Positions 19,781 through 26,877 of a stretch of 64,000 bases of DNA are shown here, in pieces. Made by a program: the position numbers and the translations under genes. Where the stretch lies: assembly GCA_041664365.1 (NCBI GenBank), contig JBAYKW010000006.1, positions 7,286-71,285 on the forward strand, in the 5' to 3' direction. Position 1 is the stretch's first letter. Each line of letters begins with the position of its first letter. Source of the stretch: Patescibacteria group bacterium. Its GTDB lineage: Bacteria > Patescibacteriota > Patescibacteriia > UM-FILTER-42-10. Under the pieces are notes generated by a model. It was not told the origin of the DNA, did not search any database, and saw only the letters and a list, made by a program, of their open reading frames with translations.

Positions 19781-19938
19781 GTAGGGTTGCGTTCCGCGCT
19801 CCAGAAAACCCGATTACTATAATCCTAGACTGGTCGCTTGTCGGTGGACGTATTCTGAAAACATATGGATTCCCACTTTCGTGGGAATGACAGAGGGAGG
19901 GGTAACACTTGTTATCCTCGGGCTTGGCCCGGGGATCC
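19781..19938. repeat. REP-like repeat cluster
   Basis: gtagggttgcgttccgc...ggtcgcttgtcgg unit plus GGATTCCC/GGATCC doublet, matching the ~26659-26840 cluster. Confidence 0.7.
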
Positions 19939-19986
19939 ATGCAATTAATCTGATGCTGATATTAGCTAAAATTAGCCCTTTCATTA

Positions 19987-20048
19987 TTGACCTCGTTAGA
20001 GAAGTTTCTCTAAACGGGGTTGACAAAAACCCAATTTAGGTCTATACT
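19987..20048 (+). promoter_or_regulatory. sigma70 promoter preceded by a TTGA-flanked palindrome
   Basis: TTGACA 20020-20025, 17 bp, TATACT 20043-20048. Confidence 0.8.
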
Positions 20049-20083
20049 CTGCAGTTAACATTGAGATACTATGTAATAAATTT

Positions 20084-20222
20084 AAATCTCCTTGTTTGAG
20101 CCTGTGATCAAGAACAATCATGTGTTCTAACAAGGAGATCTACTCCTTGATAATACCGGCTTCGCAGTCCTACTATATCGATTCTTCACGAGTCCGAGGG
20201 TCCAAGTCCGAAAGGGTCAGTC
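20084..20222 (+). ncRNA. Conserved structured 5' leader, copy 1
   Basis: Highly similar to 20963-21103; long ctccttgtt/aacaaggag stem. Confidence 0.5.
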
Positions 20223-20753
20223 ATGCAAAACAACGCAGGGTCCAAAATGACATTCGCCGAGTCTTCGTCGGCGTACTGGAGGAAGGACACTGTCCCTAAG
20301 CTGATCCCTACGCAGGTCATTGTGACCTTCATCGTGTGGGTGCTCTTCGCCGTCACGGTCAGTTCAATTCCCATCGAGTTGGATGGCCCCGCCATCATGC
20401 TCACGATCGCCATCGCGGTGCTCATGAGTGCGTGCGCGGTTATGACGGCTACCAAGGTCGCGTTTTCCGCCGGCTGGATTGGAACCGTGGCCGCCATGGC
20501 GTTTACCACGATCGCCACTGTCGCTGGTGCGAAGTCCCGTTGGCTTGGAGAACTCGATGCATTCAGGTGGCCAGCTGCGACGGCGATTACGTTCTTAATC
20601 GCGCTTGCGCTCGCGCTGGTGATTGGGAGCATCTGCTTCGCCATCGATGACGGTGACCATGCCGGCTGGGCCCTCAAGAAGAGGATCAGTTTCGCGTGCG
20701 TCGTGCAGTTTCTTGTCACGACGATCCCCCTCATCCTCATTCTTTGGAGGTAA
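20223..20753 (+). CDS. Ala-rich polytopic membrane protein
   Basis: About 5 hydrophobic segments; distant paralog of 21104..21622. Confidence 0.75.
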   Translation: MQNNAGSKMTFAESSSAYWRKDTVPKLIPTQVIVTFIVWVLFAVTVSSIPIELDGPAIMLTIAIAVLMSACAVMTATKVAFSAGWIGTVAAMAFTTIATVAGAKSRWLGELDAFRWPAATAITFLIALALALVIGSICFAIDDGDHAGWALKKRISFACVVQFLVTTIPLILILWR

Positions 20754-20763
20754 TATCGCACAT

Positions 20764-20831
20764 TTCAAGACCGGAGCATGTCTTTCAAGAACTGCTCACC
20801 CGCCAGGTAACTGACGGGTTTTTTCTTTGCC
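20764..20831 (+). terminator. Conserved trailer with terminator, copy 1
   Basis: acccgccag-gtaa-ctgacgggtttttt; near-identical to 21682-21749. Confidence 0.8.
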
Positions 20832-20856
20832 AAAAAAGTTATTCCTTTAAACGGGC

Positions 20857-20917
20857 TTGACCCCGTTAGAGAAGTTTCTCTAACGGGGTTGACAAAACCC
20901 TGTTTTAGGTGTACATT
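20857..20917 (+). promoter_or_regulatory. sigma70 promoter preceded by a TTGA-flanked palindrome
   Basis: ttga-CCCCGTTAGAGAA-gt-TTCTCTAACGGGG-TTGACA, 17 bp, TACATT. Confidence 0.8.
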
Positions 20918-20962
20918 ATGCAGTTAAATAGAATTCTGCAAAGAAACTATATTAACGAATTC

Positions 20963-21103
20963 AAATCTCCTTGTTTGAGCCTGCGATCAAGAATAATCGT
21001 GTGTTCTAACAAGGAGGTTCGCTCCTTGATAATACTGGCTTCACGGTCCTACTGTAATCGCTTCTTCTCGAGTTCAGAGGGTCCAGGTCCGAAAGGGTCA
21101 GTC
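20963..21103 (+). ncRNA. Conserved structured 5' leader, copy 2
   Basis: See 20084-20222; compensatory change in the inner stem. Confidence 0.5.
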
Positions 21104-21622
21104 ATGCAAACGACGAGTTACGCTTACAACCACACAACCCGCGGGAGCATAATGCTCCTGCACATCTACCAGATCATCATGACGGTGGTCGTCATGGCGG
21201 TCTACCTTCTCGCCTACGACAAGATGATTGCCACTGCTGGCCCGCTGGGTCCATTGACCGAGTGTGGGTTCGCGGTGGCTGTCGCCTGCGCGGTCCTTAC
21301 CGCTTCTGCGGCAGGGGCGACGGCTCACGTCGTCTATGGGCGAGGAATCTGGATGGGGATCATCCTGTTCGTCATCGCAGTCGCCGGGGCATTCGGTACT
21401 GCATTCATGACGATCGCTGCGATGGTCGTGGCGCCACCGTTGGTGCCGGCTATCATGATCGTTTCAAGTGCAATTGTCGTGTCACTCGTGGTGTGGTCCT
21501 TGGCCGATATCGGGTCAAAAATCACCCACTCCAGGGACGAGACGCCGAGAAAGATTCTGTCTGCGATCCTGCAGACGATCGTCATCAGTGCCTTCGTCCT
21601 GACGCTCAGGCTCTGGTGGTAG
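21104..21622 (+). CDS. Ala-rich polytopic membrane protein
   Basis: Start at ATG 21104, in the same position relative to the leader as ATG 20223. Confidence 0.75.
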   Translation: MQTTSYAYNHTTRGSIMLLHIYQIIMTVVVMAVYLLAYDKMIATAGPLGPLTECGFAVAVACAVLTASAAGATAHVVYGRGIWMGIILFVIAVAGAFGTAFMTIAAMVVAPPLVPAIMIVSSAIVVSLVVWSLADIGSKITHSRDETPRKILSAILQTIVISAFVLTLRLWW

Positions 21623-21681
21623 TCTCTCCGCGAGATGTCCATCATCCACCACCCTCATCGTTTGGAGGTGATACATGTACA

Positions 21682-21749
21682 TTCAAGACCGGAGCACGTC
21701 TTTCAAGAACTGCTCACCCGCCAGGTAACTGACGGGTTTTTTCTTTGCC
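21682..21749 (+). terminator. Conserved trailer with terminator, copy 2
   Basis: Near-identical to 20764-20831. Confidence 0.8.
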
Positions 21750-21874
21750 CCCCACACCTGTGAACAAGTGTGGGGGGTTGACATAAAATCACCTTTGTGA
21801 TAAGTTGATATGCTTCTGGAGGCTTTGTCGAACCTGCCGGTATCGCTAATGCCGGCAAAACGAGGGAGAAAACC

Positions 21875-22261
21875 ATGTTCAAAGTGCCACAGCCTTACTT
21901 CGAGGGCGCACCGACGACTGCCGAAGAACGCAGGGTTCTGCAATGTGCCGGCTACATACACATGACCGGCCTGTGGTTCCTTACCCCTGACCGTGGCCAC
22001 GGCGTCCACGTTAATTACATGGGCCAGGGCATCGTCCAGGAAGAGATGGGCACGTGGAATGAATTCGACGGACAGTCGGTGATCGTCACCAAGCGGGGCG
22101 AGGTCTGGATGAAGACCGGCAGTAGTGTGACTTCCGCCACCGCACTGCTTTGTCCAAACGGACGGAGCGACTACAAGCCTTTCACCCAGACTGACCGGCC
22201 GATTGACGGAATGATCCGCCGGATCGCCGATCCGAACGACGGCTTGACCTACGTTCCTTGA
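21875..22261 (+). CDS. GC-rich hypothetical protein, paralog of 18477..18866
   Basis: MFKVPQPYFEGAPTT...DPNDGLTYVP; TTGACA 21778 and TAAGTT 21801. Confidence 0.8.
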   Translation: MFKVPQPYFEGAPTTAEERRVLQCAGYIHMTGLWFLTPDRGHGVHVNYMGQGIVQEEMGTWNEFDGQSVIVTKRGEVWMKTGSSVTSATALLCPNGRSDYKPFTQTDRPIDGMIRRIADPNDGLTYVP

Positions 22262-22381
22262 TCGCACACTGCCGTATACACGGCACCCCCGCTCATACAA
22301 ACAGCGGGTATTTTTTTACAAAAAAATAATCCCAGTCTAAGGATTATTAATAGTATTACGTATTACAATTACAATTTACAA

Positions 22382-22876
22382 TTATAATACCTTGGCGTAG
22401 AGATAAGCGTCATGCAGTTCATCACCGCGCCTGGCCGCTTTGCGCATTAGTCCTTCTTTTTTGTATCCGCATTTGATTGCTACTTTTTGACTGCCGGTAT
22501 TTTTCGTATTCATTTTAATTTCAATTCTAACCAATCCCAGTTTCCGGAATCCAATTTTCTCCAGCAGTTTCACCGCTTTGGTGGTGATACCCCTGCCCCA
22601 ATAGGTTTCGTCCAGAAAATACCCGATCTCCCCGCACAGTTTGTTATCCGGGTTGATTTTAATCCCGCAACCGCCAACCATCTTTGTGCCGTACATGATA
22701 GCGAAGTGCTGGTTCAGGCTTTTTTTATTCTGCTTGGCGTGTTTCTGCAGGATTTTTCTTTCCTCCGCAACTGATTTCGGGCAGATCCGGAAATAAATAA
22801 AATTGGGGTTGTTGAGAATCTCATAAAACCTTTTCGCGTCGGATACTTTTTGTTTGCGGATTGTTACTTTGAGCAT
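22382..22876 (-). CDS. GNAT N-acetyltransferase (RimJ/RimL type)
   Basis: GEIGYFLDETYWGRGITT, NTGSQKVAIKCGY.KEG. Confidence 0.9.
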   Translation of the reverse strand: MLKVTIRKQKVSDAKRFYEILNNPNFIYFRICPKSVAEERKILQKHAKQNKKSLNQHFAIMYGTKMVGGCGIKINPDNKLCGEIGYFLDETYWGRGITTKAVKLLEKIGFRKLGLVRIEIKMNTKNTGSQKVAIKCGYKKEGLMRKAARRGDELHDAYLYAKVL

Positions 22877-22887
22877 TAATTAGTCGG

Positions 22888-23571
22888 CTATGTTTTTTTA
22901 GTACCTTTTTTTACAATTTTTTTCTCAATGCTTTTTAAATCCTGCAGAATATGTTGATATGATCCTATTGATCTCATAACACATAATCCCGGAAGTGTCT
23001 CACCAGTTGCTCTGTTCGGTACATATGCTGAAATTATGCCGGAGAACTTTGGCTCACCATTTTTATCAGCATAAAAAACGGGTCCGCCACTAACTCCATT
23101 AATTGCGACTCCGTCAACTAAATATGATTCTTCCTTGGGAATGTGGCAACTGATATGACCGGAAAAAAAACAAAGATCATTAGCAGCTACGGACGGAAAA
23201 CCGCACCAACCGACTTCAAAACCTTGTTGAAGAATTTCGTCTTTGTCTATCAGGTCCAAAGGTTTTGGTATTATTGGAAGATCCTTATTTTTAAATAGGA
23301 TAAATGCCACATCTTTCTCAGGATATCTTGTAATTGTTCTGTCGTTGTGCTTTAAAAGGACAGATTTTCCTGACTGATGGTGAATAATTCTGATTGGTTC
23401 CTCCCAGTCATCTTCATGAGAAATAACATGATCCGCAGTAGCAATACCAAGGAAATTGGTTTTTTCAGAATAAAAAATCTGAAATCCGGTTCCTGATACA
23501 CTCGGAGTTTTGATTTTGAAAATATATGGTGTAATTTTCATTAAAGGATTATGCCAGTTTATTTGTTCCAT
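22888..23571 (-). CDS. Trypsin-like serine protease
   Basis: GTGF, TADH, DVA, GVSGGP catalytic triad motifs. Confidence 0.85.
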   Translation of the reverse strand: MEQINWHNPLMKITPYIFKIKTPSVSGTGFQIFYSEKTNFLGIATADHVISHEDDWEEPIRIIHHQSGKSVLLKHNDRTITRYPEKDVAFILFKNKDLPIIPKPLDLIDKDEILQQGFEVGWCGFPSVAANDLCFFSGHISCHIPKEESYLVDGVAINGVSGGPVFYADKNGEPKFSGIISAYVPNRATGETLPGLCVMRSIGSYQHILQDLKSIEKKIVKKGTKKT

Positions 23572-23593
23572 AGATTTTATATAAGAATTAATT

Positions 23594-23866
23594 TTATTTG
23601 TTATTGTGATATGAATTTAACCACCATTTCTTAAATAAAGGAATTGTTAAAGTGGAAAGAAAAAATGCAACGGCAGGGACAATCGCATTAATAAAAGGTT
23701 TAGGCAATTTTGCAAAAAAGAAAAAGATAACTATAACAATATAGGTCAGCAGTAGGATAATAAATTTACGGATCCAGCTGGTTTCCCATGCTTTATCCGC
23801 CTCTACACGTTGATTTCGCTTTTTTATTTCTTCTATTTCACGTTGTAAATCGTCGAATGATGGCAT
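23594..23866 (-). CDS. Small two-TM hypothetical protein
   Basis: RNQRVEADKAWETSW followed by two TM helices. Confidence 0.75.
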   Translation of the reverse strand: MPSFDDLQREIEEIKKRNQRVEADKAWETSWIRKFIILLLTYIVIVIFFFFAKLPKPFINAIVPAVAFFLSTLTIPLFKKWWLNSYHNNK

Positions 23867-23896
23867 AAATATGTACAGATTATCGAAACGGTGTGT

Positions 23897-24988
23897 TTAA
23901 CTAGTTGTTGTTTGTTTTGAATCCTGCTGGATTCGTCGGCAACGTTCCAGATGGTAATCATAAAAAATACATCCCTCGCCGATACAACTGGTACGCGGGC
24001 AGACTTCCGCCAGACGGTTCGGGTCAATTGCTTTTTTCAAAATCTCTTTTATTTCATCTAAACTAAGTCTGGTTGGTGTCACGCCTTCCGGTGCGATCCC
24101 GCCGTTCTGAATGCTGTTGGCGGTCGTATCGTAATACCATTCTTCCACCCCTTTCAGGCGGGCAGATTTTGCCAGTTCATCAATACTGGTGATTTCCAGA
24201 ACTGCATCTTTTTTGCGGGCTTCTTCAATACGTAACATGACAGCGACGTCTTTAAGATTGATATCGCGCATTTGCCTGGTGATCAGGTTCGTGTGTCCTG
24301 AAGATAATCGCTGTACTACCACATCCGCTTTGGTGTCCGGGTTTGCCCTTAGGAACCCCACCAGACTGACGTCGTCATTTTCCACGACTACTATTTTAAC
24401 CAGCTTCTTGCCCTGAAACACTTCAAACTGGTCGGTCTTATTATCCTGCTGGAGTTTTTCCCATTCCTGCGGGAGGACAGTCATTCTTTTCCTCTCTTCT
24501 CTATAATGTGAAACAAAAATCGGCATAACGATATTGATAATCTTCTGCGGTTCACTCTGGTATTCGCGGTTCAGATTCATGATCAGACCGGAAAGTCCAA
24601 AGGCCCGGTCGATCGGATCATTGGAAATAATTCCCTTACCTTCCAGATCGTCTCTTTTGACGTAAGTTAGTAGTTTCTTCAAAGCGGGGTCGTTTTCCAC
24701 TTCCAAGTATTTTGCCACCAAAGTGGTGGCACATTCGCCCGTGTTGTCTTTGCCACCTTCCTGGGTATGGTGGTCGAATTTTCCTCCTCCCATATCAATC
24801 AGCAATATCCCTTCAGCTTCATAATCGTCGGTAGTCTTACCTTCCGGCACGCTGTTCCAGAATTCTATTTTACTATTTCTGACCCCCGGGAATTTTTCTT
24901 CACCAAAAAGCTTCAATAACATGATCGCCACAATGTTGTCCGGATGCGGACGGGGGAAGATTACAATTGTATGGATTGGTTGGGGCAT
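23897..24988 (-). CDS. DHH/MYG1-like phosphoesterase-fold protein
   Basis: PHPDNIVA, IDMGGGKFDHH, CATTLV motifs. Confidence 0.65.
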   Translation of the reverse strand: MPQPIHTIVIFPRPHPDNIVAIMLLKLFGEEKFPGVRNSKIEFWNSVPEGKTTDDYEAEGILLIDMGGGKFDHHTQEGGKDNTGECATTLVAKYLEVENDPALKKLLTYVKRDDLEGKGIISNDPIDRAFGLSGLIMNLNREYQSEPQKIINIVMPIFVSHYREERKRMTVLPQEWEKLQQDNKTDQFEVFQGKKLVKIVVVENDDVSLVGFLRANPDTKADVVVQRLSSGHTNLITRQMRDINLKDVAVMLRIEEARKKDAVLEITSIDELAKSARLKGVEEWYYDTTANSIQNGGIAPEGVTPTRLSLDEIKEILKKAIDPNRLAEVCPRTSCIGEGCIFYDYHLERCRRIQQDSKQTTTS

Positions 24989-24996
24989 GGGAGGTA

Positions 24997-25058
24997 GTAA
25001 CTAGTAATTGGTAAGTTGGTAATTTGTAAATAGTAATCGGTAAACGGTAATTGGTAAT
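24997..25058. repeat. Degenerate heptamer tandem repeat (GTAAnnn, about 9 units)
   Basis: gtaacta gtaattg gtaagttg gtaattt gtaaata gtaatcg gtaaacg gtaattg gtaat. Confidence 0.8.
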
Positions 25059-25068
25059 ATTATGTAAC

Positions 25069-25172
25069 CATTGCGAGCGAACACAGAGAGCGACGCAATC
25101 CCGATACTAATTTGGAATGATTATTAATGAGTAGCGGGATTGCTTCACTCCGCCTTGGCGGAGTTCGCAATG
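25069..25172. repeat. Inverted RPE-like doublet (CATTGCGAG..GCAATCC / GGATTGC..CGCAATG)
   Basis: Inverted pair visible in the sequence. Confidence 0.65.
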
Positions 25173-25292
25173 GTTTCTTTTGTAAGTATAACGCAAAAAG
25201 CTTTATAAAAAAAGTAGGCCCCCGGGAGTAAACATCTAGCAGAATTGCAGATGAATACTCGAGGGGGCACAGTAGGAAAGAACTTGGAACGT

Positions 25293-26408
25293 CTAGCGGA
25301 TGCACTCCTGAACCAGCTCAACGATCTTGAGCGAGTGGATGCACGACGCCGGCGTGTGACTGCCGGTCCGGGACCAGTTCTGGAGGGAGTTGAACTCCCT
25401 CACGAAGAACCAGATCTTCTCCGGCTTGATTGCGTAGTTGGGGCTGGCGAAGCGTTCCTGGATCAGGATGGACTCGAACAGCTTCTCGAGATGAATCCGG
25501 GACGCAACGCGCTTGTTCGTCAGGATCGAGATGTTCCCTGACCTGCGCCTGATGACCAGGAGGTCAGCCAGGTTCAGATCGAAACATGCCGACGCTACGT
25601 CCTGGTTATCGGTCTCGAGAAGAACTCCCCGGAGACCATTGCCGAACGTGAACGTCCGCGACTTCTTGAAAATCTCCACTGCACGCAGTCTTGCCTGGTG
25701 GCGGGCCTTCTGGTGTTTCGACCAGATCTCCCGCCAGAACTTGACCTCGGAGAGAATCTCCTTGTCAGTGGCGCCGTTGATGGCCATGTTGCGGATGTAT
25801 CCGGAGAGACTCCAGCTACTCTTGTGAGCATGGAACCGCCAGTACTCAGCCATGACCTCGTCGCTACGCAGCTCCGGGTCAGGCTTTCCGCGCGCCATCA
25901 GATGCGCGTCGATGACCTTGAACATCTGGTTCAGAACATTCTTGTTCGCGAATCCCATCTTGCACATCGACAAGATGATCAAGGCGAACGCGTAGGGCAA
26001 GCCCTTCAGCTCACCCGTCTTGTTGTTCTGGTTGGCGAGTGCCACCAGTTCCAACGGTGCGGGGTGGTTGATGCCGAAGTCGTGAGCCACGACTCCGGAA
26101 GAGGAGCCGAACCCACGCTCGCGGTACATGTTGAAGTCCACGTCCACGAGGTAGAGGTTGCGCGAACGGGCGCTCTTCTTCTGAGCGTCCGTCAACCAAA
26201 CTCGGTCGGCGAACTCCAGGGTCGTGTCCTCGAGTTTCCACCCGAGTGTGTGCATCGCCAAGTAAAGCGCGACGACCTTATCGAATTTCAAGGCCGCGCT
26301 GAGAAGTCCCTGATACCGCATCATGGGGTTTCCTCCTGCCATGACAGAGGTTGTTTGTCCCGTTGTTGGGACTTTGTTCCGCGTGAGCAGAACGTTGTCG
26401 AAGAGCAT
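25293..26408 (-). CDS. GC-rich diverged homolog of 23897..24988 lacking the HPD and DHH motifs
   Basis: GAGGAG SD before ATG 26408 (MLFDN); colinear motif similarity. Confidence 0.7.
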   Translation of the reverse strand: MLFDNVLLTRNKVPTTGQTTSVMAGGNPMMRYQGLLSAALKFDKVVALYLAMHTLGWKLEDTTLEFADRVWLTDAQKKSARSRNLYLVDVDFNMYRERGFGSSSGVVAHDFGINHPAPLELVALANQNNKTGELKGLPYAFALIILSMCKMGFANKNVLNQMFKVIDAHLMARGKPDPELRSDEVMAEYWRFHAHKSSWSLSGYIRNMAINGATDKEILSEVKFWREIWSKHQKARHQARLRAVEIFKKSRTFTFGNGLRGVLLETDNQDVASACFDLNLADLLVIRRRSGNISILTNKRVASRIHLEKLFESILIQERFASPNYAIKPEKIWFFVREFNSLQNWSRTGSHTPASCIHSLKIVELVQECIR

Positions 26409-26540
26409 ACTATGTCTCCTCGTATGAATCGGCAATTTAGAATTGTCGGCTCAAACGAAAAGCTTTCAGGTACCAATGGAGAGATACTGAAAGCGCCGAT
26501 TGTTGACATAGCTCTCTCCAGAATTCTATGTTAACAGGCC

Positions 26541-26577
26541 AGTATATACCTAAATTGGGTTTTTGTCAACCCCGTTT
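26541..26577 (-). promoter_or_regulatory. sigma70 promoter nearly identical to that at 20012-20048
   Basis: aaacggggTTGACAaaaacccaatttaggtaTATACT. Confidence 0.8.
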
Positions 26578-26586
26578 GGGACAAAG

Positions 26587-26840
26587 GGAGAGCAAGCTCT
26601 CCACCTACATTCTTGCATCAGTACTTTTTAGCTAATATTAGCAATTAATTAATTCTATGGATTACCGCTGGAGTTTATCCCCGCGAAGGCGGGGACGGGA
26701 ATGACTTGTTGTTTTGATTGTCATCATCGGGCTTGACCCGGGGATCCATTACAATAATATATTGAACCAGCGCTCCGACAAGCGACCAGTTTGGACAACC
26801 AAAATCGGGTTTTCTGCAGGGCGGAACGCAACCCCACCCT
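26587..26840. repeat. REP-like repeat cluster
   Basis: ggagagcaagctctccacctac (GTAG REP), GGATT..GGGAATGAC doublet, inverted copy of the gaaaacccg/ggtcgcttgtcggagcg unit. Confidence 0.7.
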
Positions 26841-26877
26841 TAACCTTTAGACAATAGACAAGTATAATTAAAACACT

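Noticed and set aside
20909-21103. N-terminal extension of the 21104 ORF
   Set aside because: It starts inside the -10 box, and the homologous leader of copy 1 is frameshifted
25698-26534. 278-aa plus-strand ORF and other long antisense ORFs over GC-rich genes (e.g. 6607..7170, 21683..22300, 40400..40900)
   Set aside because: Shadow frames of GC-rich coding strands; SD, promoter and paralogy support the opposite strand
6300-26850. CRISPR array or integron attC cassette array
   Set aside because: Repeats are heterogeneous and irregularly spaced, with no cas or intI gene and no consistent RYYYAAC/GTTRRRY boxes
6300-26850. Prophage or IS element explaining the accessory tract
   Set aside because: No phage structural, integrase or transposase genes recognised
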